Below, one piece after another: positions 20,565 through 32,100 of a DNA stretch of 64,000 nucleotides. A program made the position numbers and the translations under genes. The first letter of the stretch is position 1. Each line of letters opens with the position of its first letter. The notes under the pieces are model-generated. The model saw only the letters and a program-made list of their open reading frames with translations. It was not told the DNA's origin and made no database searches. Origin of the DNA: Nitrosopumilaceae archaeon (GTDB lineage Archaea > Thermoproteota > Nitrososphaeria > Nitrososphaerales > Nitrosopumilaceae); the NCBI GenBank assembly GCA_965203465.1, contig CBDBCR010000003.1:576001-640000 (forward strand), given 5' to 3'.

Positions 20565-21653
20565 CTAACGCAGGCTTGCCGGGGCTTGCGGCCGCGCCGT
20601 TTTGCGGCACGGGAACGCGTTCATCCGGGGGTAGCCAAAGCCGGCGGCGCTCCGGTAGTGCCAGTTGAGGTTCTTTCTGATGGATTCGACGGCGTCCTGC
20701 GAGATCTTGTCTTCCTCGAGGTAGCCGCGGTGGAGGCGCGCGACAGAATCGCGCAGGTCCTTGATCTTTGGATAGTACTCGCGGTTCTGCTCTATCAGGG
20801 CGTCTACGAATCTTTTGGGCGGCAGCCTGTCCAGCTTTGCGCAGTTGCACTGCTGGCACGCCAGCACGGCGTTCCAAAGCTCCGTCTCGCCCACGTAGTC
20901 GTACGGTATGACGTGATCGACGTGCGTTGTCCCGTCGAACTTTAGATCTTCGCCGCAGTAAAAGCACGCCTTTGATAGAGGCTCGAGCATCTTGACGAAC
21001 TTGCGCTGGTCGCGCGGGCCCCTGACCCGGGCCTCGACCTTCTTTGCGAGGTTGGGCGCACCGAAGTTTATGGACTCTAGGAACTTTACCCATTCCAGGA
21101 TGACGCTGTTGTACAGCGGGGCGAAGTTCCTCCTGAAAAAATCGACCGCCTTTGGGTTGAGCTGCATCGGCCTGTCAAGGTACAGTTTTTCGTTGCGGGC
21201 CGAGTCGTGGTATTCCTTGGACCAGTACCTGTAAAAGACGCACCGGTTGCGCCCGTCGACCCACTGGAAGCGCGGCACCACGTCCTTGAAGCACTTTTTG
21301 GTGATCCTGTCTGTGCAGTTTTTCACCTTGTCCGGCTCCGTCTCTTCGAGGTCGGAGAAATCCATAGGATAGACGTCCTTGTCGAACTCGCTCCGTATTA
21401 TGCTCACCACCAGCGGAACCTGGTTTTCCGGGCCCTGACGCAGCTTTGACTTGCACACGTGCGACCAATAGTACCTCAGGAAAGACCTGGCGATCTCTTC
21501 GTACGGGACTTCGCAGTGGTCGGGGTCGGACCTGCTGTGCTCGAGCAAAAACAGGGCCAGCGCGAACTTGTACGTGTTGTTCTTGCCGGCTTTTTTGATG
21601 ATGTTCATGAACATCTCGTGGAACTCGTAGTTGGTCTTTTTCGGGAACTGCAC
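20565..21653 (-). CDS. HNH endonuclease with an N-terminal NTYKFAL helical domain
   Basis: CFYC...HVDHVIP...WNAVLACQQCNCAK Zn-binding HNH core. Codon usage is more AT-rich than the flanks. Confidence 0.88.
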   Translation of the reverse strand: MQFPKKTNYEFHEMFMNIIKKAGKNNTYKFALALFLLEHSRSDPDHCEVPYEEIARSFLRYYWSHVCKSKLRQGPENQVPLVVSIIRSEFDKDVYPMDFSDLEETEPDKVKNCTDRITKKCFKDVVPRFQWVDGRNRCVFYRYWSKEYHDSARNEKLYLDRPMQLNPKAVDFFRRNFAPLYNSVILEWVKFLESINFGAPNLAKKVEARVRGPRDQRKFVKMLEPLSKACFYCGEDLKFDGTTHVDHVIPYDYVGETELWNAVLACQQCNCAKLDRLPPKRFVDALIEQNREYYPKIKDLRDSVARLHRGYLEEDKISQDAVESIRKNLNWHYRSAAGFGYPRMNAFPCRKTARPQAPASLR

Positions 21654-21756
21654 GGCCCGGGCCGGGCGGTCGGGTTATAAGCATTCCAAGAACGGGCGCC
21701 CCGGATGCGCGGCCCCAAAACATAGACCTATAAGGGAACCGGGGGGCCGCGCCTGC

Positions 21757-22137
21757 GTGCCCGCAAAAGTGCTCGAGAAGGCCCTAAAGGACGGTGCCAA
21801 GGAGTCGCGCTGCGTCTTTGGCGCAAAAGAGGTCTCTTCCGGGATAAAGGACGCAAAGTTGATCGTGCTCTCAAAGGGCCCGGCCTCCGACGCCGCCGAG
21901 GCGGCCGCAGAGGCGGCCGGCGTGACGGCCGTGCGCTTCGAGGGCAACTCGGTGGCGCTCGGCAAGGCGTGCGGGCGGCAGTTCCGCGTCTCGGCCGTCT
22001 CGTTCAAGGAGATCCCCGACGCCGGCGTATCGTCGATCGTGGCAGAATCGGGCGCCGTGAACAAGCCGGATCAGAATGCCTCTAACGGTTTAAATGAGGC
22101 GGGCCAGCCCCCGCCGGAAGGTACACCCGCCCCATGA
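21757..22137 (+). CDS. rpl30e: 50S ribosomal protein L30e
   Basis: FGAKEV, FEGNSVALGKACGRQFRVSAV; position between rpoA and nusA. Confidence 0.88.
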   Translation: MPAKVLEKALKDGAKESRCVFGAKEVSSGIKDAKLIVLSKGPASDAAEAAAEAAGVTAVRFEGNSVALGKACGRQFRVSAVSFKEIPDAGVSSIVAESGAVNKPDQNASNGLNEAGQPPPEGTPAP

Positions 22138-22592
22138 CGCCGTCCATAAAGATAACCGCCGACCAGCTGCGCCTGTTATCCCTCTTTGAAAGGATCGCAA
22201 AGACCAGCGCGCGCGACTGCATCGATTCGGACGAGGGCGTCATATTCGTCGTGGAGCCGGGCAAGATGGGCCTGGCCATAGGCAAGGGCGGCATGCACGT
22301 AAAGGCGCTGCGCGAAAAGATCAAAAAGCAGGTGGATCTTGTAGAGTACAACGAGGATCCGGCCAAGTTCCTGCGCTCCACGCTCAACGACAAGATGATC
22401 CGCGACGTCTCGGTCGAAAAGGGCGAGGACGGCGTAAAGCGCGCCGTCGTGGTGGTCGTACCGGGCAAAAAGGGCCTGGTGGTCGGGCGCGAGGGGCGCA
22501 ACGCCGAGAGGGCGCGCCTGCTGGCCAAGAGGTACTTTGACATAGCCCACGTGTCGATAAACAACCCGGAGAGGGCGACGCTGGAGATATGA
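22134..22592 (+). CDS. nusA: Archaeal NusA-like KH-domain transcription factor
   Basis: GLAIGKGG and [12 protein letters not shown] motifs; operon context. Confidence 0.95.
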   Translation: MTPSIKITADQLRLLSLFERIAKTSARDCIDSDEGVIFVVEPGKMGLAIGKGGMHVKALREKIKKQVDLVEYNEDPAKFLRSTLNDKMIRDVSVEKGEDGVKRAVVVVVPGKKGLVVGREGRNAERARLLAKRYFDIAHVSINNPERATLEI

Positions 22593-23026
22593 CAAAGTCC
22601 CCGATGGGCCTCTTTGCGGGCCGCGTCCTAAAGTCGAAGCGCAAGCAGCAGCGCTGGTCCATATCCACCTACAAGCGGCGCGAGCTGGGCATCGACAAAA
22701 AGGCCGACCCGCTCGGCGGCGCCCCGCAGGCGCGCGGCATCGTGCTAGAAAAGGTCGGCATAGCCGCAAAGCAGCCCAACTCGGCCGTGCGCAAGTGCGT
22801 GCGCGTGCAGCTCATAAAGAACGGCAAGTCCATCACCGCCTTCCTGCCGCGCGACGGCGCGATGAACTTTATCGACGAGCACGACGAGGTGCACGTGGAG
22901 GGCATGGGCGCCACGCAGGGCGGCGCCATGGGGGATCTTCCCGGCGTGCGATTCAAGGTCTTCAAGGTAAACGGCACGTCGCTGCACGAGCTGGTCGTGG
23001 GCAAAAAGGAAAAGTCGAGGAGATGA
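22589..23026 (+). CDS. rps12: 30S ribosomal protein S12
   Basis: [26 protein letters not shown]. Confidence 0.98.
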   Translation: MTKSPMGLFAGRVLKSKRKQQRWSISTYKRRELGIDKKADPLGGAPQARGIVLEKVGIAAKQPNSAVRKCVRVQLIKNGKSITAFLPRDGAMNFIDEHDEVHVEGMGATQGGAMGDLPGVRFKVFKVNGTSLHELVVGKKEKSRR

Positions 23027-23619
23027 CCGCGCAAAAGCTTCTGCTGTTCGGCAAGTGGGATCTCGAGCCGATCGAGGTCTCCGACATGGGCCTGAAGACG
23101 GCCATATCGCTGCGCCCCATGACGGTTCCGCTCACGTTCGGGCGCTCGGCGCTGAAGCGCTTCAACAAGGCCGACGTCAACATAGTCGAGAGGCTGGCCA
23201 ACAAGATGATGCACTTTGGCAAGCGCTACGCAAAGAACACCGGGCGCATGACCGGCAAGAAGATGAGCGTGTACAACACCGTAAAGTCGGCCTTTGAGAT
23301 AATACACCTAAAGACGGGGCGCAACCCCGTCGAGATGCTGGTGCGCGCCGTGGAAAACTCGGCGCCCAACGAGGACACCACGCGCATAGTCTACGGCGGG
23401 ACGGTGTACCACGTCTCGGTGGACGTGGCCCCCATACGGCGCGTGGACCTTGCCCTGCGCTTCATCGCCGACGGCGTGAAAGAGGCCACGTTCTCGAGCA
23501 CTCGCACCATAGAGGAGCACCTGGCGGACCACATCATCGTGGCGGCCAACAACGACCCCAACTCCCCGTCGGTCAAGAAAAAGAACGAGCTGGAGCGCAT
23601 AGCGCAGGCGTCTAGATAG
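23023..23619 (+). CDS. rps7: 30S ribosomal protein S7
   Basis: [37 protein letters not shown]. Confidence 0.97.
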   Translation: MTAQKLLLFGKWDLEPIEVSDMGLKTAISLRPMTVPLTFGRSALKRFNKADVNIVERLANKMMHFGKRYAKNTGRMTGKKMSVYNTVKSAFEIIHLKTGRNPVEMLVRAVENSAPNEDTTRIVYGGTVYHVSVDVAPIRRVDLALRFIADGVKEATFSSTRTIEEHLADHIIVAANNDPNSPSVKKKNELERIAQASR

Positions 23620-23704
23620 CCCGAGGCAGATTCGAACTGCCGCCTCTGCCTATCCACTCTTGTGATCCAGAGGGCAGAATCCTTAACCGCTAGACTATCG
23701 GGCT
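23617..23704 (-). tRNA. tRNA-Gln(CTG) with a 15-nt intron at 37/38 (23652-23666)
   Basis: Reverse complement folds: acceptor AGCCCGA/TCGGGCT, anticodon arm CTGCC-CT-CTG-G[ATCACAAGAGTGGAT]A-GGCAG, T arm GGCAG-TTCGAAT-CTGCC. Confidence 0.92.
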
Positions 23705-23758
23705 TCGCCACCGCGCGCCGGCGCTGGAAATATAATCATTTGCCGCCCGCCCGGCTGG

Positions 23759-24079
23759 TCAGCCGCCCTTTGAGCGCACGCGCACCTCGGAGACTGCCGT
23801 GGCGTACCCGCACTCGGCGCCCAGCCTCATGTACGGTATCAGCCGGTAGTGTATGGAATACAGCCGGCCCTCCCTGCGGACGAGGTCGCGCTTCTGCAGG
23901 GACGCGAGGCCCCTAGAGGCCGAGTGCACGCTGACCCCCGAGCCGGCGCACGCCTCGTCGCGGGCCCGCTGGTACTGCTCGAGCGTGAACGCGGCGCTTC
24001 GGGTCCGGAGCACCAAGGGCCAGACTATGCGGGCCCAGACGAACCGCCTCTGCGCGGTCGCGGCCGCGTGCTTGCCCAT
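23759..24079 (-). CDS. Hypothetical basic protein, possibly winged-helix
   Basis: ORF with genome-like codon usage; SASRGLASL...LVRREGRLYSIHY resembles a wHTH. Confidence 0.65.
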   Translation of the reverse strand: MGKHAAATAQRRFVWARIVWPLVLRTRSAAFTLEQYQRARDEACAGSGVSVHSASRGLASLQKRDLVRREGRLYSIHYRLIPYMRLGAECGYATAVSEVRVRSKGG

Positions 24080-24124
24080 GCCCGCCAACATAAATAACGA
24101 GCGCGGCCGCGCCTTATCTGAACC

Positions 24125-24823
24125 TTGTCAGAGCAGCTGCGCGATTCCATGGACATGCTAGAGCGCGACTGGGAGGTCGACCCGCGCCTGCGCGAGTTCG
24201 TCCTCGGCGGCTCGGGCGCCACGGACGAGCAGATCAGGGTGGGCCCCACCACCTTCCACATACCGCGCATCTCGGATTCTGGCCTGTACGTGCTGTGGAA
24301 GTGCTACTGGCCCGACTGCCACAACTGCTGCGAGAGGCAGGGCAGGCTCCCGCTGACCTCGGCCGACCTGATACAGATAGGCGGGGCCATGGGGTACGCG
24401 CGCGCCTCGGACTTTGTCAAAGAGCAGACCAACGTGGCCGCCCACGCCGAGCCGTCCCCGTCGGGCGGCACGACGGTCATGACCACGATAAACCTAAAGA
24501 GATCCGAGGCCGAGACCGAGGCGCAGGACGGCACCCGCATACCGTGCAGGTTCCTAGACGGCTGCGGCTCGTGCACGCTGCACCCCGCGCGCCCGGGCGC
24601 CTGCGCCGCGTACCCGTTCTCGCCGTGGCTGGTCCTGGAGGGGGGCATGGCCCGCGCCCACGCGGCCTACCAGTTCACCGGCGACTGCCCCGGGTTCTAC
24701 CTCGCAGAATCGGTCGAGCCCATGCGCGAGGTGCTGGCCGAATACTCCCAAGTGCTGTACGGGTACGCGCTGGCCTCGGCGCGCACGGAGCGCGAAAAAT
24801 CCAGCTGCGTCTCGGTGCTCTAG
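24125..24823 (+). CDS. YkgJ-family (CxxCxxCC) cysteine-cluster protein
   Basis: CYWPDCHNCC, PCRFL...CTLHPARPGACAAYPF, C-terminal CPG. Confidence 0.85.
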   Translation: MSEQLRDSMDMLERDWEVDPRLREFVLGGSGATDEQIRVGPTTFHIPRISDSGLYVLWKCYWPDCHNCCERQGRLPLTSADLIQIGGAMGYARASDFVKEQTNVAAHAEPSPSGGTTVMTTINLKRSEAETEAQDGTRIPCRFLDGCGSCTLHPARPGACAAYPFSPWLVLEGGMARAHAAYQFTGDCPGFYLAESVEPMREVLAEYSQVLYGYALASARTEREKSSCVSVL

Positions 24824-25833
24824 CTGCGCGCCACCCGTATCAGGTCGGCGATGCGCACGTCCATGCCGAACCTGTCCTGGTTGGACCTCATGTACCTGAA
24901 TATGGCCAGAAAGTCCGGCAGCGAGCGGACCAGCGAAAAGTCGCGCCGTATCTTGGAGCGCACAAAGTTGAACACCCGGCCGTACACGCGGTAGTGCCGC
25001 TCGACGGCCCTCTCGTAGGCGTCCAGATCCGAGATGTTGCGAACGAACAGGTCGGCGCACTGCATGCTCGGTATGATGCCCTCGCCGAGCAGCGCGTACA
25101 CGGTGCCGATCGATTCCCCCACGCCGACGACCTTGCCGCGCCTGTACGGCTTGCACCTGTCCGGCGTGGCCAGCCGTATGGGGCGCCCCTTTGTCTTTAC
25201 GATGCGCCCCCCGTGCTTTCTTACGAACTCGTCGGTGGCGCGCACGTGGTTCTTGTTGTAGTCGCCGGCCCCCACGTGCGCCCACTTTTCGCCGAGCGGA
25301 AAGTACCAAAAGTACCCCGACATGCCCGGGAACGGCTCTATGTAAAAGTCGTCGTAGGGCACCCCGCCGTCGTACTCTACCTTGTACTCGTAGGTCGGCA
25401 GGAAAAAGTCCTCTTTCAGTTTCGGCAGGTAGCACCTGTGGAAGCCGGTGCAGTCCACCACCATGTCGTACTCGGATTCCAGGTCGGCGAGGGGCGGCGA
25501 TGCTCCGTACCTCACGTCCGAGCCCGATATGAAGTCCCTGATCAGCCCTATCTTGTCGTACGTGCACAGGCCGTGCAGGCCGATGTCGAACCGCCCGCCC
25601 TTTGGCATGCGCACGTACATCTTTTTGCCGTCGTGTATGACGTACTTTGAAAAGTCCACGCCCGCCTGCGAGCACAGGCCGTCGAGCACCGTGCGGATGG
25701 TGCCCCACGCGCATATCGAGTCGTGCCTTTCGCGCTCCATGCGCTCGTAGCCGACGGCCTCGTGCCCAGAGCCGCGCAGGCGCGCCATCACGTAAGAGCC
25801 TGCCACGCCCATGCCCATGACTGCTATCTTCAA
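24820..25833 (-). CDS. FAD-dependent oxidoreductase, geranylgeranyl-reductase-like
   Basis: KIAVMGMGVAG, CAWG, GYFWYFP, VGESIG...GEGI. Confidence 0.85.
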   Translation of the reverse strand: MKIAVMGMGVAGSYVMARLRGSGHEAVGYERMERERHDSICAWGTIRTVLDGLCSQAGVDFSKYVIHDGKKMYVRMPKGGRFDIGLHGLCTYDKIGLIRDFISGSDVRYGASPPLADLESEYDMVVDCTGFHRCYLPKLKEDFFLPTYEYKVEYDGGVPYDDFYIEPFPGMSGYFWYFPLGEKWAHVGAGDYNKNHVRATDEFVRKHGGRIVKTKGRPIRLATPDRCKPYRRGKVVGVGESIGTVYALLGEGIIPSMQCADLFVRNISDLDAYERAVERHYRVYGRVFNFVRSKIRRDFSLVRSLPDFLAIFRYMRSNQDRFGMDVRIADLIRVARS

Positions 25834-26175
25834 CGGCGCCCGCGGGGGCTCTTGGACTAATAAACTCATCACGCAGAGTGCCGTGCGTCCCCGGCTGCCC
25901 CGGCCCGCGCGGCCGCCCGCGTCTGTGCCGGCGATCGCGGGCTTTGGCAGTATGCCGGCCTCGCCCGCATGGGCTGCCGCGGCATGTCGGGCGCCGTCGT
26001 AAGCGCGCCGCCGTCCGGATCCGGCGCCCCGATCTTCGGGGCCCGCCTAGCGCTGCCCGTTGATGCCCCGGTACCCGGACAGCTGTTCGAAGAGCAACGC
26101 GGCCCTGTGCCGCTCTGCCAGTGCCGCCTCGCGCAGGAGCGCGCCGTCCGGCGCGGTCTCCGGCACGCCGTCCGG

Positions 26176-29100
26176 CTACGGCGTCATCGCCTCGAGCGCC
26201 TCTTGGGCGGCGAGCACCTGCGCGTGCAGGTAGTCGCGGAACTGCGGATCGGAGCGGTCGTAGCCCTGCTTCGGTACCCCGTCGTACACGTACATCGATT
26301 CGTCTATTTCGTGGTAGAGACGCGACTGGTTGGAGAGCGGCACATAGTCCCCGTCGGGCGACATTTTGAACAGGTGGCCCTGTTCGTCCATCATGACGTC
26401 GGTGCTCGCAGAGCCCGCCGAAATGGGATACAGCACCATCCCGTTCACCCGTATTCCGGGCTGCGGGTCGAGCGGCTCGCCCGATACGCGTATGCCGTGG
26501 TTGTAGTAGTTCTGCCAAGAGTTGCGCTCCCTGTCCCACACGTCGGTGCCCACGATGTCGAATTCGAGCGGCGCGCGGAACGTGTGGTTTATCGTAACCG
26601 AGAGGCACTCCAGCTCCGAGCCCGCCGAGCACTGCACCGTCTCGTGCCCGGCCGACAGCGCATCCAAGTCGATGGCGCCGTCCGGATCTATTACCGATAC
26701 CGAGCCGGTCCCGTCGAAGGCAATGTCGTAGTTTATGACCGCCTTGCTTTCGGATATCACCTCGCCGGAGCGCAGGCCGAAGGCCACGGACACGTGCTCT
26801 ACGTTGCCGGGCCCCTCGTTTTCGTATATCTTCAGGGACACCGTGTTTTGCCTCGCCACCTCGGATTCTATCAGGGGGTACGGGGTGAAAAAGTACTCTA
26901 CGTCAGAGGACAGGCCGTTGTAGGAGAACCCTTCGTCGACCAGCCTCGCCCCGTACGAATCCAGCCCGAGCGTGGGCGGCGTGCAGTCGTCGCATTCCGA
27001 GCCGCCCGACTGCGGGTACGAGACGCCGAAGACCGAAAAGTGCAGCGTCCAGACCGAATTTTCAGAGACGCACGCGAGCGGATCGTACGTCTCGGCCGGC
27101 CAGCTCTCCGGCGCGTCCTGCTCGAGCGGCAGCTCTCCTCCGTATCCCTCGGCGCACGCAGGTATCGGCAGCACGGCGCCCGCCGCGTCGACCGAAAAGA
27201 CCAGCCCCGAGAGCGGTATGTCGAACTCCATGCGGACCGGCTTGCTGAACGCAATGTCGGCTACCGGGCTCCCTATCAGGACCGCCGTGGCCGGGTTGCG
27301 CAGGGCGGGGTACGCCTCGAGCGCCGGCGAGCCGGCGGGCACCTCGTATTCGGAGGGGGCCACGATGAGCGCGGCCTCTAGGCTCACGTCGGCAACAGTG
27401 AGCCCCGCCAGGCCGCCCACCTGCGTGTCTTCCTGGAAGAACACGTCTGGCAGGCCCGGCTCTTGCGTGATTATGCTCAGCGGGTTTGCGAACGCCGCGG
27501 TCCGGCCGCCGGCGAACGAGACGCGCGGATCCGTGATGCTCGCAGAGGACAGCTCGAGGGCCGGCTCGATGCCGGCCGGCACCGAGACTGTGCGCAGGGT
27601 GGTCCCCTTTGCGACGGGCAGCACGCCGGTCGGGCCCGGCGAGGCGGAATCCAAAGATGGGCCCACCCCCACCTGGCCGCCGGCTGCCGCGTTGCCGGCC
27701 AGATCCCGCACGGCCAGGCCGCGCAGCACAGCCGAGGCGGGCACCGTCCCGTCCCCGTCCCAAGATATCAGTATCGTCTCGCTGCCCGAAGCCGCCACCG
27801 ATGCCGAATACGTGCCAGAGCTGGTCGCCACCGATGCGCCGGAGACGTCGGCCGCCACCCGCTCAGAGTACCTTATCGTGGTCGAATCCTCCCCGCTTGC
27901 CGACGCCGAGACGACCGACGGGGGCGTGTTGTCCACCGATACGTTGGCGCCGGTCAGCTCGGCGGGGCCGGCGGTAAAGGGGATCCCGAACTCGTCTGTC
28001 ACGCGTATGGCAAACTGCAGCGGCCCGTCGGCCGCGCCGGCCGGGACTGCCAGGGACGCGGACAGCCCAAGGCCGCCGGCGTCCACCGAGGCGGACTCGG
28101 ACGCGCTCGATATCTGGACCGACGCCTGCGCGATGCGCGCGCCCGACGGGGCGGCCTCGAGGCGCAGCGTGACCGTGTCGCCGGCGCGTACCAGGCCGCG
28201 CTCCGTATCGTCCGAATTGAACGCGTTGCGCGCCGCGTTGTTGCTAGAGACCGTCAGTTCCCGCACGGCCACGCGGACGACCTCGTACTCTGCGGTCAGA
28301 GTCGTGGGCTCGAGCGCGTTGCCGAACCTGTCCTCTATGCCGGAGCCGGCCGAGACCTGCACGCGGCTCCCCTCGGCGAATGTCCCCGTTATGGTGATGC
28401 TGACCGTGGTGCCGTCGGCGGCCAGCGAGACCGAGCTTATCTGGTATCCAGACACCTCAAAGTCCGAAGCCTGCGGGGCCGCGAGTATGTCGTCAAAGAC
28501 GGCCCGCACTACCGAATCTGATATGACGGTGGCAGAGACGAACGCCGGCGCGGTGTCGTCGGTCACGCTCAGGGCCACCGTGGAGGCGCGGGCCGCGATG
28601 CCCGACGTGTCCGATATGCCCGAATTGTTCCCGATGCTGACGCGCACGCCGGCGCCCCCCGCGATTCGGATCTCTGAAAGGCTCAGATCGTACGACACGC
28701 GGGTGCGATCCCCGAGGAGCTGCGGCGTCGTATCCGCAAGGGCCGTCTCGGTTCCTCCCGAGACGAGGCTGACAGAGCCGGACGCGGCGGCCCGCACGTG
28801 CTCGTCGAATTCCAGTATCAGCACGCGCTGCGTCGCGTTGGCAAACGCCATGGTCAGCTCGGGGGGCACCAGATCCGAAGAGTCGTCGATCTCGGCGCCG
28901 GCCGTCTGCGCGACCGGCCTGTCCGACAGATCCCTCACGGCGCCCGCGTCGAGTGCCACGTGCGGCCTCGCGTATCCGATGGCCGCCTGCCGGAGGGCCT
29001 CGGTCAGCCTTACCGTGACTTGCGCGTCCGTATCGGTCGACGAGGCCACCGACGAGCCGGTCAGCGGCTCGCCGCCGGTCCCCGAGCCGTCGCGTATGCG

Positions 29101-32100
29101 GATCTTTGCCAGGTCTACGCCGGCGCCGTCCCGTACCGATTCGTTGAACGTGAGCGTCAATATGCCGGTGCCCTCGTCGAGATCGGGCCCGTCCGCGCCG
29201 CTCGCCACGAGGGCCGGGGCCGTCGTGTCCAGCGTCTGGCCGATGTCGGTGCCTGCCGCGTTTGCCGCGATTCCGTTCAGGGCGAGATCTTCGATCGCGC
29301 CGGCCGCGATGTACAGGTGCGGATCGTTCAGCAGTATGGCGCCGCGCCTGCTGGCCTCGGACAGCTCGAATACGAACGTCGTGCCGTCGGACTGGCCCGC
29401 CCGCATCTCGCCGTCGGACAGCGTGACCTCGCCCGAGGAACCGTCTTGAGAGTTTGCGCCCTCGCGCAGCTCAAAGCCGGTGCCGCTGCCCGCTCTCGAT
29501 ACGTCGATAGTCTCGTCGAACGTTATGGTCAGCACGCCGGTCTCTTCGTCGAGGGCCGCCGACGAGACCGCGGGCGGCGTGGTGTCGGTGACCTTTCTTA
29601 TCTCCGTGCTCGTCGTGGACGCAGCGATGTCCTGGTCGGACAGGTCCTTTACGGCGCCGGCGGCAAAGAGCAGGTGGGGCGCGGCATATCCGACGACTGC
29701 CTGGCTGAGCGTCGAGTGCAACGTTATGGTTATTTCGGCGTCGGTATCTGCCGTGGACGTCACCGTGGAGGTGGCCGTAGAGACGGACAGCGCGGTGCCG
29801 TCTGCCGTGGCGGTGAACGAGCCGTCGGCCACGAAGATCTTTTCCAGGTCGACGTTGGCCGGGCCGTCCTTTACCGATTCGCTGAACACGACGGTCAGCA
29901 CGCCGGTCGGCACGTGGAAGACCGGCTGCGTGGACGCGCTGATCGCCGGCGCCGTAGTGTCGGCCGTGTCGGTTATCTCGGTGCTGGCACTGAACGCCAC
30001 GATGGCCACGTCCGACAGGTCCGTCACGGCGCCCGAATCTAGCAGCAGGTGCGGCGTCGTATATCCGATGGCGGTCTTGCGCAGCGCCTCGGTGAGCTTT
30101 ACGGTGACTTGTGCGTCCGTATCGGCGGTGGACGTCACGGCAGATCCGGTCAGGGGGGTGCCGCCGGTCCCCGAGCCGTCGCGTATGCGGATCTTGGACG
30201 CGTCGGCAGAGCCGTCCTTTACGGATTCGTCAAAGTTGAGAGTCAATACGCCGGTCGCCTCGTCGAGGGCCGGCGCGGGCGCGGCCAGCGCCGGGGCGAC
30301 GGTGTCGGCCGCGTCGTTTATCTCTGTGCTGACGGCCGACGCCGCGATGTCCTGATCCGACAGGTCCTTGACGGCTCCCGAGTCGAGGCGCAGGTGCGGC
30401 GTGGCGTATCCGATGATTTCCTTGCGCAGCGCCTCGGTGAGCCGCACGGTTACGACCGCGTCCGTATCGACCGAGGAGGTCACCGAAGAGCCGGTCAGCG
30501 CGGTGCCGCCCGTGTTGAACGGGTCGTTGTCGACAAAGATCTTGGCCAAGTCTGCTTGGCCGTCCTTTACCGATTCGTCGAACGTCATGGTCAGTACGCC
30601 CGTCTCCTCGTCCAGCGAGGGCCTGTTGGGCCCGGTCGCCACGAGCGCGGGGGCCGTCGTGTCGGCCGTGTCGTCGATCTCGGCAGCTGCGGTCGATGCC
30701 GCGGCGTTCTGGTCGGACAGGTCCTTGACGGCGCCCGAGGTAAAGTACACGTACGGCGTCGCGTGTCCGATGGCCGCCTTCCTGGCCGCCTCGCGCAGTT
30801 TTATCGTTATTTCAGAGTCGGTATCGGCCGTGGATGTTACCTCGGAGGCGTCCCCCGAGACGCTCAAAGCCGTTCCGCCGCTGGCGGTCGCGCTGCCCGT
30901 AATGAAGATCTTTTCCAGGTCGACGTCCGATCCCTCCTTTACGGACTCGCTGAACGTCAGGGTCAGTATTCCGGTGCCCTCGTCGAGCGCGGGCTCGCTG
31001 CCCGCGGCGGTCACCAGTGTCGGAGCCGTCGTGTCGGCCGTGACGGTGAACACGTGCGATACCGCCGAGATGTTCCCGCCGGCGCCGCCCGTCACGAGGC
31101 CGGCCGGAACGCGCGCCCACAGCGTCCCCATGGCTATTGCCTTTTTGCGGTCCGGCTCCGAGAGGGTGAACGTCAGCTCGTTCCCCGACACGGTCGCATC
31201 CGAGACTGCCACCCGCACGTGCACGGTCGGATCGTATGTGGCCGAATTGGTCTGCGTGATGTCCATGCTGCCGGTCCCCGCAGAGACGGCGTACGAGAAC
31301 GTTATGGTGACGGCCCCGGTGCCGATGTCGACGGCCGCCGACGATACGACCGGCGCCGTGATCGAAAGGCTCACGTCGTGGGCCGCGTTCGTAAGCCCCG
31401 AGACGGTCGCGGCGTTGGCCTCGGCGTACAGCCTCGGGCTGGTCATGGCCAGCACCCTGGCAAGCTCGGTAGCCGTGATCGTGGCGGTGTGGGTGGCCGC
31501 GGCGGTGCCCGACAGCGTCAGCCGCACGTCTGTCCCCGAGGTGAACCCGTCGGCATCGCCCGCGGAGGCCACGTACACGTTGCCGGGGCTGGTCGCGGGC
31601 GCCGTGACCGATTCGCTGAACGTGGCGCTCAGCATCCTAGTCGCCGGCACCAGCGAGGAAGAGGTGATCCTTGGCGAGAGCACCGCGTCCTGCCCGGCGG
31701 TCAGCGCGTCGTTGGCCGTGCCCCCGGCAGTGACCACCGAGGAGGCAAGGTACACGTGCGGGCTGGCCATCGCGTTGACCTTTGCCAGATCCGCCGAAGA
31801 GAGCGTGAACGTGACCGCCGAGCCGGACGCGGATACCGAATTGGCGCTTGCGGCCACCCGCACGTCCCTCGACGAGCTGTGGGTGGCCGAGCTGCCCTCG
31901 CGTATGTCGATGTTGCCGGTGCTCTTTGTGACGGAATTGTCGAAGGTGAGCGTGACGACACCCGAGCTCCGGTCTATGGTGGAGCTGCTCAGCTCCGGCG
32001 CCGAGCTGGCGATCGTCATCGCCCTGGCGATTTTGACGTTGTCCGCCCCGCCCGAGTCGGTCACCGCCCCGGCGTTCAAATGCAGGTGCGGCGTGGCCAT

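Noticed and set aside
25999-26012. GTAAGCG as a third IS66 end bracketing the giant gene
   Set aside because: The match is only 7 bp, in the same orientation as 33264, with no adjacent transposase similarity.
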